DNA of 64,000 nucleotides from Octopus vulgaris (taxonomy: Eukaryota): positions 162,626,001-162,690,000 of the forward strand of contig OX597817.1 of assembly GCA_951406725.2 (NCBI GenBank), read 5' to 3'. Positions 12,733 through 25,968 of the stretch are shown one piece after another (position 1 is the stretch's first letter; each line of letters starts with the position of its first letter). The translations under genes were made by a program, and so were the position numbers. The notes below the pieces were generated by a model. It did no database searches. It was not told where the DNA came from and saw nothing but the letters and a program-made list of their open reading frames with translations.

Positions 12733-13259
12733 CAGAATTCAAAGGGTAGATTGTCGCTGTTTTATATTTTAAATTTTGCACAGTTTGTTTTTGATTTTGT
12801 CAACTACACAGTATAGTAAGGTCCGTTGTGCACTGTCTGTGAGAAAAACAGCACCATGATGCAATTCACTCTGCCGTAGATTTGGAAATGACATGCTGTA
12901 CTGCTTGGCATTCATGCTGGAAGCTCCAGTATGAACATTTCAGTGTTAGGGCATCAATCTGAGGACAGTGCATGTACTGAGAGTGATAAAAATCAAAATC
13001 CAGTCAACATCATGGTGTTTGGAGTGATCACTAGTGATGGCAATATTATGCCTCCATTCATCTTCCCACATGGCCTCAGACTCGATACAGAAGCCAATGT
13101 CAGGTGTCTCAAGCCACTGGCGATTTTATTGAATAAATTTACTCTTTAGTATTTCAAGATATTTTAATGTAATTTTGGTAAATATATCTGTTAAAATGGG
13201 ATGTCAGTGTTATTTTCATTTTTGCAAAATTTAACAGTCAATATATTCACTACACCCTG
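12733..13259 (+). mobile_element. Internally deleted Tc1/mariner-superfamily element
   Basis: Homologous to 61331-62812; ends ACACCCTG|TA. Transposase fragment IMVFGVITSDG..MPPFIF. Confidence 0.75.
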
Positions 13260-13267
13260 TATGTATG

Positions 13268-13303
<36 letters not shown>

Positions 13304-14365
13304 CACGTGCTTCTATATGTATGTGGCTATATATATATATGAAAATAACTCGGTAGTATGTGCATGTATCATGCAGGTGTGTATATTTTGGTTTGTATGT
13401 ACATGATTGTATGCTTTTCCCCTCAAGGTTGTATTTCAAATCTGTTGATGCTCCTAAATTTCCTCCTCACTTCAAACATTTCCTCTTCTAAATAACAACT
13501 ATTTCACCTTTTAGTGCTCTCTCTCTCTCTCTCTCTCATTTTCTTATTCTTCAAGGTTTTAATAAATTTCTTTCTTACTCTCACTACTCCCAGTCTATTT
13601 ATCCAGCCACACAAACATTGCATTTTCCCATGAAGAGGACTTCTGCTCAAAGTGCTAAATTTCTTTTCCCTTAGACAAAATACATGGCTTATCTAAGTCT
13701 GTACTTCTAGACAAGGAAAATTTCTTGTCCATATCATCATCATCATCATCGTTTAACGTCTGTTTTCCGCGCTAGCACGTGTTGGACGGTTCGACCGGGG
13801 TCTGGGAAGCCAGGGGCTGCACCAGGCTCCAGTCTGATCTGGCAGAGTTTCTACAGCTGGATGCCCTTCCTAACGCCAACCACTCCGCAATGGTAAACCA
13901 CATCTCAATGAAGGTCATTCAAATGATTGACTATAATTCATTATTCAACATGCTACTACCACTGACTCACAGATGCACTGTTTTTATTCTCTAATTCTAC
14001 CATTACTAATTAAAATGGCTTCTATTGCTCTGAACTATCTTGATACTCTCTCTTCTTGTCATCTTAACTGTGTCTCAACTTCTAACCCCTGAACTAAACT
14101 TCTCACGGTATTTCTTACCAGGGCTGAAATCCTCTGGAATGTTCTTCCCAACATACTTTTCCTCCAAATATTCACTTGCAAATAAATGCTTCAACTACTA
14201 TTGGCCACATCATCCTCACAAATGTGAGATGACCCACAAAGGTCTTGGGCATCACGCCTGCTTCTGGCTAGCTTATATTGATACACTAGTTCCGTTTTAG
14301 TTAGTCACTTGCTATTAGGTGAATATAACTTTTGTTTTACAATGCTTTATATGTCTTATTCTCAG

Positions 14366-14474
14366 ATTGCTACTCTTTCCGATGATAACACAATGAGGAT
14401 GTGGCGTTTGAATTGTCGGTCTCTTCCTGCAGACATTCTGGATACGAGTGGATCAGCAATGGAGTATATTCATG
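14366..14474 (+). CDS. DTL: DTL exon: IATLSDDNTMRMWRLN (last WD40)
   Basis: ctcAG/GTgagt boundaries. Matches CDT2 'IATCSDDNTLKIWRLN'. Confidence 0.95.
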
Positions 14475-14872
14475 GTGAGTGTTTAAAGTCTTCACTTTAT
14501 GTTTAAGTATTTGCGTTTTAGGGTTATCATTCAGTGTCTAATTTTACAACACAATTATTTCATCATTATCATTTAATGGCTGTTTTTCATGCTGGCATCG
14601 ATTGGATGGTTTGACCAGATCTGGCAAGCCAGAGAGCTGCACCAGGTTCCAGTTTGATTTAACATGGTTTCTATGGCTTGATGCCCTTCCTAACGCCAAC
14701 CACTTTACAGTGTGTGCTGGGTGCTTTTAATGTGGCACCAACATGAGCACTTTTTGCATGTCATCAGCACAGGACTTTTGCAGGCCAATTCTCTTCACCA
14801 AGGAGAGTAGCCTTAACACTTCTGGCGTGGAATATGGGTCTTCTTGAGTACAGTAAGGCACCAAGTATCTTG

Positions 14873-15086
14873 TGGCGAGCTGGCAGAAACATTAGCATGC
14901 CGGGCCAAATGCTTAGCGATATTTCATCTGATTTTACATTCTGAGTTCAACTTTGCCTTTCATCCTTTCGGGGTCGATTAAATAAGTACCAGTTACGCAC
15001 TGGGGTCGATATAATCGACTTAATCCGTTTGTCTGTCCTTGTTTGTCCTCTCTGTGTTTAGCCCCTTGTGGGTAGTAAAGAAATAG
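14873..15086 (+). mobile_element. Meta-like SINE (family B) nested in an older repeat
   Basis: GCCTTTCATCCTTTCGGGGTCGAT..AAGTACCAG domain; gtatcttg TSD. Confidence 0.85.
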
Positions 15087-16448
15087 GTATCTTGGTCCTT
15101 TATCATCTCATCCAAAGGTTCAGTATTCTGAGGTTGCCCTTCAGTACTTCATCCCATGTCTTTTTGGGTCTCCCTCTTAAGCATGTTCCACCTACTTTGA
15201 GAGCTCAGCACTTCTTTATGGAGCTGTCAGCACCCATCTGTGTCACATGTCCGAACCAGTGCAGTATTCTCTCAATACACTCTGTTGAATATGTACACTT
15301 ACATTACACATCCAGTGGAGCATACTAGCCTCGTTCCTCTATATTTAAATATTGACAGAGGCGTGGGTGTGTTGTTGAAAAGCTTGCTTCCCAACCATGT
15401 GGTCTTGGGTTCACTCCCACTTTGCAGCTGCCTGAACAAATGTCTTTTACTTTAGCCCCAGGCCCACCAAAGCCTCATGAATGGATTTGGTAGAAGGAAA
15501 CTGAAAGAAGCCTGTTTGTGTGCACATGTGTATATATCTGTATGTATGACCTTTATGTTTGAAATGTGTTTGTCCTCTTGACAACTGGTGTCGGTTTGTT
15601 TGCATCTTTTTTTTTTTTTTATCCTTTATTTCACTTGTTCCAATAACAGGGCTGGGGCCGTGCTGGAAGCATTGCCATTACAATAGCTTACTTTGCCAAT
15701 AGGGACTGACATATGTGGTAAATGAATTATTCACTATGTTAGGCTACAGATCCTGTACTACAACATTATATCCTCACACTCTACATTAGTATGACTAATA
15801 AGTCATTAGTATGATGATGTAGCTACCTTCATCCTTCATTTCCAGGTATTGAGAAATGAGAAGGACAAACACCTAGGTTGCTCTGCACTAAACAAATTAG
15901 GTAACATCAACAGAAAAAAAAAATGTCCTCTCCATCCTAGCATATAAAATACGAAGGTGTGTAGTCTAGTGATAAGAGTGTTGCACTCATGATTACAGGA
16001 TCGTGGTTTCATTTTCCAGACTATGTAGTACATTGTGTTCTTGAACAAAACACTTCATTTCCTCTTGCTCCAGCCTACTCATCTGCAAATGAGTAACTCT
16101 GCAGCAGAATTGGTATCTAGTTCTAGAAGAATGTTGTGATTTCAGTCACTTATATCATAGAAACTTGGTCACCAGTCTTACAATCTTAGGACTCAAAACA
16201 GTAATATCCAGCACTTGATGTTGATTATATAAAAATGTTTAATGTGTGAGAGTGTGTGTATACATAGGTTTGGTTAATAAACAGGATTCCTATTTTAGAA
16301 AATCAATCCTGTTTTCAAGTAAGACTGTCCAACATCGATAAGATAACTAGTACATACCACTTTAGCATGTGGTATACTTAGCTATTTACACTAAAGCTAA
16401 CCCTAAATTCTAATGCTAAACCTTAATCCTAATCCTAACACCAATTCT

Positions 16449-16671
16449 TATTTCTTTATTGCCCACAAGGGGCTAAACACAGAGGGGACAGACAAAGGGA
16501 TTAAGTCGATTACATCGACCCCAGTGCGTAACTGGTACTTAATTTATCGACCCCGAAAGGATGAAAGGCAAAGTCAACCTCGGCGGAATTTGAACTCAGA
16601 ATGTAACAGCAGACAAAATACCGCTAAGCATTTCGCCTGGCGTGCTAACGATTCTGCCAGCTCACCGCCTT
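16449..16671 (-). mobile_element. Meta-like SINE (family B)
   Basis: 17-bp TSD atcctaacaccaattct, inside a degenerate CCCTAA tract. Confidence 0.9.
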
Positions 16672-16905
16672 ATCCTAACACCAATTCTAACTCAGATTAG
16701 GTCATATCACAGTGTAGACTTAAGATACTGTGGGTAAACCACATAATCTTAATGCTAAACTTCAACCCTAACCCACATCAGTTCATTTCACAGTGTAGAC
16801 TATGGATATGCAGCAAATTACATGCTATGGTAGCATCTATTAGTGTTTCCTGAATAAAATCTCTCAACAGTCAATATTTCAAAATTTCACTTTGTTTCTT
16901 TTCAG

Positions 16906-17633
16906 AAATTGCTCCATCGTCACCATCAGTCTCTGGTTGTGAAAGTAGCCAAAGTTTGACTCCATATAGTGACAGTACACCACCTTTTGTTGGTTTAAAA
17001 GTAAGAACTACACCAGTTAGTTCACCATCCACCTTGTCCATTAAAGACTGGCTGAAAAAGCCTGTCAGTGATTGGACTTCGGTGAATTCTCCGGAAAATA
17101 GCCAGATTGAAATGTGTAACTTGATAGATGAAGAGCAGGACAACCATCTGATAGAAAATTCTTCTCCATGTAGCAGTCAACTTGAGAAAAGAAAAAATAC
17201 TGCTAAGCGGAAACTGGAGAGTTCCTATACTGCTTCTACGTGTCAAAGTCCAACTAAACAAAGAAACATTCTCCGCACGCCCAACTGGGAAAATCCTAAT
17301 CAACAAGAAAATTTTAACAGATCGAATCTCGTGTTAAAATCTCCCGAGAAAAGTTCCTCATCTAGTAAATGTCTGTTCCCAGCCAGCAAACAAATCAAAG
17401 ATCAGTTGGTAGATATGGAAAATACCCCAACAAATACAGAAATTTCCTTTTGTGAAAGAACTCGATCTGAGAAAGATTCCAGTGATTCTAAACCTTTAAC
17501 CAGTTCTCCTGGTTATTCAGTTTTTGATGTTCTCAGATCTTCAGGCCATTCACCATTACATTCTCATTCTAGTAAAAGAACACCAAAATCAGCCAGAAGT
17601 AACCGGAAGCCTTTACAAAAAGGATCTCCAGAG
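16906..17633 (+). CDS. DTL: DTL large exon, S/T-P-rich disordered C-terminal region
   Basis: ttcAG/GTaaag boundaries; 728 nt open in phase and containing ORF 16956-17645. Many SP/TP sites plus the motifs SIKDWL and KRKLESS. Confidence 0.9.
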
Positions 17634-17669
17634 GTAAAGATTTAATTTATTTTTTCTTGTTTGGTAATA

Positions 17670-17810
17670 TAAGGTTGTCCCAAAAGTTTGTAGAAAGTCT
17701 TGGAAAATAATGGTCTTTATTTTGAGGAATAATTTTTGTTGTTTTTGTTAGTACTTGGCGAGTAAAAATTCAATTTTCGCAGGTGTTTACGAACTTTTGG
17801 GACAACCTAA
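17670..17810. mobile_element. Tc1/mariner-type MITE
   Basis: TA-flanked TIRs AGGTTGTCCCAAAAGTT / AACTTTTGGGACAACCT. Confidence 0.85.
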
Positions 17811-18011
17811 TATTAATTACATAATCATTTTCAGTATCAAATAAATTTAGCATATTTATCATCATTATTCATGATGTGGGTAAACAAACATATATCTTTG
17901 AGAAATAAATAGTGCAACAAAAGTAGTATTTTGCCAAAGAGTAAAATACTCACCATTTAAAAATGAATGTTGTGTTAAAACACACACATACTACAATATT
18001 TATCAAGAGAG

Positions 18012-18415
18012 AGGCGCAGGAGTGGCTGTGTGGTAGGTAGCTTGCTAACCAACCACATGGTTCCGGGTTCAGTCCCACTGCGTGGCATCTTGGGCAAGTG
18101 TCTTCTGCTATAGCCCCGGGCCGACCAATGCCTTGTGAGTGGATTTGGTAGACGGAAACTGAAAGAAGCCTCTCATATATATGTTTAAAATATATAAGTG
18201 TGTGTGTATATGTTTGTGTGTCTGTGTTTGTCCCCCTAGCGTTGCGATGCTGGTGTGTTTACGTCCCCGTCACTTAGCGGTTCGGCAAAAGGGACCGATA
18301 AAATAAGTACTGGGCTTACTAAGAACAAGCCCCGGGGTCGATTTGCTCGACTAAAGGCGGTGCTCCAGCATGGCCACAGTCAAATGACTGAAACAAGTAA
18401 AAGAGAGAGTAAGAG
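18012..18415 (+). mobile_element. Full-length SINE family A
   Basis: GGCGCAGGAGTGGCTGTGTGGT A-box, GGTTCAGTCCC B-box, CORE-like segment and AAAGAG tail. Confidence 0.92.
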
Positions 18416-18947
18416 AGAAAAACTTTCATATGGTTTTATGGTGCATGAAGGCACATCATAACTATCGCCAGCAGCAGACAGTCACCACTACTACTTCCAC
18501 TGCCAGGACTATCGGATCATGTAATTTCAGCCTCTTTTGGTCTTGTCTTTAGTAGATACCTGGCTGCTGGAAATAGCAGTAGCTACTGTGCTAGTGATAT
18601 ACATAGAATACAGAGCCCTATCAGGCAGTGTTGTTGCTAAAAGCTAGTGAGCTTATTAAAAAATAGTGGCAGAAACTGTATTAATAACAAAAGGTAAAAT
18701 ATTCACTACTTAGAAGTGGATGTTGTGTTAGACCAGTCAAATATTGCAATATATACCAAGAGATATATGATTAAAACGTTTTTTGGTAGTGTAGAGAATA
18801 GTGTATTAGTACTAAGGTTAGTTAGAAGAAATGAAGGAATTGTTCCTTAGTTTATTTTTATACAAGTGCAAAAAGTCTTCAAATTTTCCAAGGAAATAAA
18901 ATAAAATAGAATATTTACATTTTTATATTCTTATTGTAAATGGTATA

Positions 18948-19318
18948 GGTGCAGGAGTGGCTGTGTGGTAAGTAGCTTGCTTACCAACCACATGGTTCTG
19001 GGATCATTCCCACTGCATGGCACCTCGGGCAAGTGTCTTCTACTATAGCCCCGGGCCAACCAAAGCCTTGTGGATGGATTTGGTTGGCGGAAACTGAAAG
19101 AAGCCCGTCATATATGTGTGTGTCTGTGTTTGTCCCCCAACGTTGCTTGACAACCAATGCTGGTGTGTTTACTTCCCCATAACTTAGTAGTTCGGCAAAA
19201 GCAACCAATAAAATAAGTACTAGGCTTACAAAGAATAAGTCCCGGGGTTGATTTGCTCAACTAAAGACGGTGCTCCAGCATGGCCACAGTCAAATGACTG
19301 AAACAAGTAAAAGAGAGA
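18948..19318 (+). mobile_element. Full-length SINE family A
   Basis: Same structure as 18012-18415. Confidence 0.9.
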
Positions 19319-19455
19319 ATATACTTCATCTTACATTATTTTCATTTCATTACATTTCTTTGGAAAATTGAAGATTTTTCGATACCAACTAAGGAACAAA
19401 TCCTTCCCCTCTGACTATACATACGCCCATATAATGTGTTTTTGTTTTTCCCCAG

Positions 19456-19509
19456 AGTCGCAACCAATCCATATTGACCTTTATCAATCGAAACACACCC
19501 CACAACTGA
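19456..19509 (+). CDS. DTL: DTL terminal coding exon SRNQSILTFINRNTPHN* (PIP-box-like)
   Basis: ttttccccAG acceptor, phase 0, TGA at 19507-19509. NQSILTFI aligns with the CDT2 C-terminal PIP box MRKICTYF. Confidence 0.75.
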   Translation, partial: SRNQSILTFINRNTPHN

Positions 19510-19907
19510 CAGGATTATGGAAGGAAGATAAAAACTACATTTTATTACTCTCAAAACCAAACTGACTTCAACCAAAGGAAATTTTTTTCACCATATATTT
19601 TCTTTACCAACCTAATGTGAGGTTTACTAAAGGAATTTCACTACCTGAAATATGGGTTTGACCTTGTTTCAAAGGTCACTTTAAATCTTTATCATATTTT
19701 TTCCATTATTGTTCATCCTGAACCAAGCAATGTTTGTGGCCTCAACCTCTTAATATATGAATAGGGCATATTTTTCAGGTGTACAGTTTTACTGAAAGTT
19801 AACCAGGAGAATTTTTTATTTATTTTATTTTGGCTGACTTTATATATCTTGGTGCAGACTGTTGAACTGTGCATTTGATATTGCCTATCGGTGCATTGTT
19901 GTGTCGC

Positions 19908-19913
19908 AATAAA
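19908..19913 (+). terminator. Candidate DTL polyadenylation signal AATAAA
   Basis: AATAAA about 400 nt after the stop codon; not verified by transcripts. Confidence 0.4.
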
Positions 19914-22203
19914 CATTGCACAATATATATATGATCTCAAGTTGTGCCTACTTAAACATGAACCCATTAATGACCTTAGGGTTTTCCAGATTACTCTTAG
20001 ATTTGTCTCTCAAAATTCTTGTTATATCATCACTCATAACAGAAATCTCAGGATTTATTTACAATTCTTTTTTTAAATGAAATACTCCAACTCAAAATGT
20101 AATCTTTTATTTTTGTGGAAATGTTGCAGATGGTAGGTACAGAAACAGAATGTTAAGGTACCACATGGTTTCGAGTTTTGTTCCATTGCATGACACTTTT
20201 GGGCAAGTGTCTTCCACTATAGCTCTGGGCCAACTGAAACCTTGTGAGCGGATTTGGTCGACAGAAGGTGAAAGACACCCATTGTATGTATGTGAGTTAT
20301 TGTCTCCTTGCTTTTACATCCTGTGATAATTTGTGAGTGTCATCATCATGCAAGCTGTGTCCTTCGTTTCTGATCTTCCAAGACATATCCAGTCATGGGG
20401 AAATATTACCTTACTTGGAAACAGGTGAGGGTTGGGGACAGGAAGGGCATCTAACCATCAAAAATCTCAACAAATTCTGTTTCATTCATTTGTGCAGGGA
20501 AAAGTGAACATTAAATGATGATGATGGTGATGGTGTTGATATTACCATTCATCCACAGAAGAGTGATAAAATAAATACCATCTCTACACTTGGTGGCTAA
20601 GATGATAGTTGTAATTGGATGCCTTTATAGTATGTGTTTCTAATTTTAAGCCCTGTTGGATTCATTCTTTCTTTGTGTGAAACAAAAGCATCCTAAGATG
20701 CTTTTTAAAAAAATTTTTATTGTTCTAATTTAGAAAAAAGATCAACATTCCAGTTTTGCTTCCAAATCTCTTACACTTTTCCATCCAAGTTGTAGTAACC
20801 ATAAATCTTTGTCTTCCCAAATTATGACCATATGCCTTTTTTCATTCGTATTTCTTCATTCTGTAGGGAGTAAGTTTATTTTGGATCACATCAAGCTGTG
20901 TGTGTGACTTCTTCATTATCTCTATGGTATTTGCTTTTAATTGTGTTTGTCTAGCTCTGGATAGCATTACTCAAATAGAACTACATGGCAGAGCTAACTG
21001 AATGTGGATCAGAAACAGTTAAAGGCCCTCTGTCTTCAACATTGAGATACACATTATCCACCTATGCTGGTTTTAGATTGAGCTTGTTCAGATGTGGCCT
21101 CCTTTTTTTTTAATGTGAGGCATGTTATTCTTAGATTTTGGTCTTGAAACATCCAGTGTTTCTTGAAGATTTGGCTGTTATATATAATCATGTTCAGGAA
21201 ATGTAGAAACTTTCTATGTTTATACACCACCATCATTAGCAGCCCATGGGTTGGGCAAAACTTGTCACATCTCTGTATGAAATATAAATTTTGCAATAGT
21301 TTGGGGTATCACAGCTCTCTTACATCATGTGTACCTAACTTGAAAACTTGCTCCCTAAGTCAGTAACTTTCTTTAAGATAATCAAAATTGAGCATAGAAT
21401 TTCTAGAAAGAAAAGAAAATCAAAGGTAATCATATATGCTGTTAGTCCTATTATAACATGTGGATTATATTAATTGTTCGTAGGGCACTGTATTTTGCCA
21501 TGCTACTATAATATACTACTAAGTATGTTAGAGGCTTTTAAGTCAATACTGTATTTTAAAGTTCCCTGCAGATTTTCTATCAAAGCCAGAACCATGAAAC
21601 ATCATAACTTCCAGTGCTGGCTCTAGTTTCTATAGAAAATCTGTGGAGGTAACTTTAAAAAGTGATGAGGATTATAGTATATTGAATATATGTAGAAAAT
21701 ATGGTGTCACACAGCATCATTCAGTTTGTCTCCATTGAAGAGATACTTCAAATGGAAGCATAGAATCTCTTCTGTTTCAAATCTAGCGCAATAATTTACA
21801 TTACCAGAGATTCATACTTGAAAATTTTTAAGGCTGAGAAGTCATTTCAATATTTCTTGGTAACTGTTTCAACTCTGTTCGACCAGTGGTATGTATTGGA
21901 TCAAACTTTTAGATACGCTTATATTTGATTATCAAATAAATTCACTTTTTTTTTTTTTTTTTTTTTTCCATACTTGGCATTTGGTCATCATAGCTAAAAT
22001 TTATTTGAATTTCAAAAATGGTAAATAATAGTGGTAAAGGAAGAATAGAATTATGGAAAACCATAAAACATTACAATAAGAATTTTAATGTTCAAATAAC
22101 ATTGGGAAGGAATGGATCAAAATAAATGGGGGAAGAAAAATGAATGTATTTATCTGACAACCCAATATATGTGTATATATATGTGTGTATATATGTATAC
22201 ATA

Positions 22204-22241
<38 letters not shown>

Positions 22242-25200
22242 GGTGTATGCATGTATATTACCATACAATGTGGCTGTGAAGGTGAGATGCTATTACATGT
22301 AAATATTGAATTCCAATTAATAAACAGTATTGTAAATTTTTGTTTCTTTGTTTTTAAAAGCTTTTCTCTCAGCTGCCATTGTGTTATTAAACCTTTCTTG
22401 TTGCCATATTTTTGTTGAAATGCACAGCCTTTCTTTTTATTAATCATGGAAATAACTGAAGAATTCAGTATAACTGTTTATAAGCTGCAGTTTGAAGCCT
22501 AAATTAGCAACAAATTTTGATGGAAGGTTTTTTTTTTCTCAACTCAGATCTCTTTAAAACAAAAAGTTTGTTTTAAAGAACCAAAGATGGTTTCAAGACA
22601 GTTGTATCAAAATGGTTAAACATATTTAAATTGGCCATACCGGCCAAAATATTGTACCTGCTTTATGTTGAAACTGACCAAATCTGGTCCCTCACACCTA
22701 CAATGTCATAAAAATAAACAATCACATCATCAAGCACTTGAAGCTACGGGATAATTCATGGAGCGTGATCGTTGCCAGAGCGGCTAACTGGCTTCCGTGC
22801 CAGTGGCATGTAGGAGGCACCATTCGAGCAGGATCGTTACCAGCGTCGCCTTACTGGCACGTAAAAGCACCCACTACACTCTCGGAGTGGTTGGCGTTAG
22901 GAAGGGCATCCAGCTGTAGAAACTCTGCCAGATCAAGACAGGAGCCTGGTGCAGCCATCTGGTTCGCTAGCCCACAGTCAAACCGTCCAATCCATGCTAG
23001 CATGGAAAGCGGATGTTAAACGATGATGATGAATTCAAAACAATGTGAATAAATAAGCATCATATTTCAATGGAAATTGCAGCTGTGATGCCGATGACAA
23101 GTAAGTGAACTATCCGATCGTGGCTGTTGCCAGCCTCGCCTGGCCCCCGTGCCAGTGGTACGTAAAAAGCACCATCTGTCCGTGGCCGTTTGCCAGCTCC
23201 GTCTGGCACCTGTGCGGGTGGCATGTAAAAAGTACCCACTACACTCACAGAGTGGTTGGCGTTAGGAAGGGCATCCAGCCGTAGAGACACTGCCAGATCA
23301 GACTGGGCCTGATGCAGCCTTCTGGTTTCATAGACCCCAGTTGAACCGTCCAACCTATGGACGCTAAATGATGATGATATAAACACTAAAGGATTAAATG
23401 GGATCTACAAACTAAGCCCTTAAGTGGAACTTGAAGAAACAGATGGGATGCTACTCAGAGGAAACTGGTGCCAGATGCTTTAAATAAAAGGACTTTTAAT
23501 GATGCTGTTTAACCCTTGGTCATATTTGATCTAGCTTCTCTTTTTTTTTTTTTAAGAAGTGTGTAAGACTACATTGACTATAGTGTTATTCCTTGTTTGA
23601 GATGTAAGGATCGAAGGAGATAGGCTGAGTGTTTGTGCCTGGGCTTCCTTTGTTCCTTATTTAGTATGAATACTACTGGATGTAACAGATTGAGGTATGA
23701 ATTACAATCCAAATATACAGAATTGTAAGATTTAACTTTAGGAGGTAAAAACGTGGCAGTTGTAACTGCTGTGTCTTGATTGAAACCATTAGTGGTAATC
23801 ACTCACTGATAAATATCGCTATTTTGCTTTTTTGAAAAATTAGCCAAAAATATCTAGATAATACATTCCGGTAGTTGTAGGCTCTTCAGGTGTAACAAGA
23901 CACCTTCAATGTAGTGAAAGCATCTATCATGACAAGGACACCAGTCTGGTTAATACAGGTGGCGAGCTGGCAGATATGTTAACACGCTAGGTGAAATGCT
24001 TAGCGATATTTCGTCTGTCTTTACGTTCTGAGTTCAAATTCTGCCGAGGTTAACTTTGCCTTTCATCCTTTCGAGGTCGATCTAATTGATTGGACCCCTC
24101 CCCAAAAATTTTGGTCCTTGTGCCTAGAGTAGAAAAGAATATAGGCTATGAATACATAAAAAGTGTATATGTCAATAAAATATTGTATCATTGCTCTCTG
24201 CTTGCCCCCAACCTGTGCGTTCTACCCACATGCCCTGTCTCACTCTATTGTTATCTGCTCGCCCCCGACCTGGGTGTTCTACCAACACACAAAACTTTTC
24301 CCTCGCCCTACCCGCAACAAACCAATCTACATCTCTTTCTCACATTTACGTCTTCATACACCCCTGTTCCTCTCTATCCGGTAGCCCCCCCCCCCCCAAC
24401 TCTATATACCCAGGTCTTTCACCACACACTCTCTTCGCAATATTATAGCATTTGAACCTCATGGGTTTGCCATGGCACTTGCCACCATCTATATCTCTCT
24501 TCCTTTACTCAACCATCTCATTTATATTCTGATCCCCGTTCCCTGTGAGTATGCCCGGCATTTTGCCACCATCTCTATCCTGCTGTCTCCCACTCTCTCT
24601 CCTCCTGCACTTCCCTCAGGTTGGGCAACCGTATATTTTCTTAACAATAGCACGCCTGTTCCTTTCTTCATTCCTGATGTTTCTCTCTCCGGCCGGGTAA
24701 CTTTGTACTTCTTCTACAGCAAGACGCCTGTATCTGTCTCACCTCCTCCTCTCTTAAAATTTTTTCTTTTGTTACGTCCTGCAAGTACTTGGTGACCCTG
24801 TCAGTGCAGCTGCCACTTATAAGCACCCAGTCTACACCATAATGTGTTTGGTGTTCGGAAGGGCATCCAGCTGTAAAAACGTTGCCAAAACTGACCTCGC
24901 TTGTGCCACATAAAAAGCACTAAGTCCACTCTGCTAAGTGGTTGGTGTTAGGAAGGGCATCCAGCTGTAAAAATCCTGCCAAAACAGTAACAGAAGTCTG
25001 GTGCAGGTTTCGGCCTGGCCGGCTTTTGTGGTACCGTCCCACCCATGCTAGCATGAAAGACGGGCATTAAACGGTGATGACACACGCGACGGGCTTCGTT
25101 CAGTTTCTAATCTACCAAATCCATTCACAAAGCTTTGATTAACTGGGGCTAGGATAGCAAAAACTTGCCCAAAATGTCATGCAGTGGGACAACCCGAAAT

Positions 25201-25644
25201 CACATGGTTGGCATTGTTACGTCTACGCTCCATATATAACGGACTCTACCGTTGGTTTCATCTTAAGAAAATCCAACAATCTATTCTGCTTAAATGTTTA
25301 AGTCCCGACAAGGAAGATTTACAAATTAATCCACTCATCGTGCAAGAGTGTGGTTTACGGGACAATCTTACTGCTATATTTAATAATGCTTTTGTTCTCC
25401 CTCTTGTTGCCGATGGATATAGCCAGGCCCACCGGAGACCTATTCCCTTATATCACTCTCCAGTGCCCGTGAAACATTTGTTGAGAATAATATTGTTCTA
25501 CTTAAGATCTACAGAAAAGTTTATCGATTGTGGCTAAGCAGCTCGCCACTGGATCCAGCCAGCCTCTCTTGAATTGGAAGCTTCCTGTAAGATCGCACAA
25601 TGGCAGTGTGCATTGATGTGGTTCTCTCTAATTAATACCAATTA

Positions 25645-25968
25645 CAGTTCTATATTTAAGAGATGAGGAATTATTTACAATTGACGGATATTTGTCCTCA
25701 TCTTGTTTGTTGTTACCACTACGCCATATGCCCACGGGCATATGGTGTAGTGGTTAAGTGTGTGGGCTACTAAACCCAAGATTCCGAGTTCGATTCCAGG
25801 CAGTGACCTGAATAATAATAATAACAACAACATCGAAAAATACCTTAGGAGTGAGAGCCCAGGTTGGAAATTTCCCCAAGACACCTGATGAAGACTGGAG
25901 GGTATATCAGCCGAAATGTTGTTTTAACAATAAACAAGATGACAAATATCCGTCAATTGTAAATAATG
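25645..25968 (+). mobile_element. tRNA-headed element with hammerhead-like core and inverted 5' copy (Penelope-associated)
   Basis: 12-bp TSD taataccaatta; A and B boxes at 25745-25800; CTGATGA...GAAA at 25885-25916. Confidence 0.7.

Noticed and set aside
16396-16780. Interstitial telomere or chromosome-fusion scar (also 2609-2653)
   Set aside because: Short, degenerate CCCTAA tracts that sit inside or resemble MITE interiors; no head-to-head telomeric array.
16956-17645. Stand-alone 229-aa gene
   Set aside because: It has a non-ATG start and is the in-phase penultimate exon of DTL.
24090-25537. Several 70-120-aa ORFs
   Set aside because: Low-complexity pyrimidine-rich or repeat-derived sequence with no recognisable domain or consistent splice structure.
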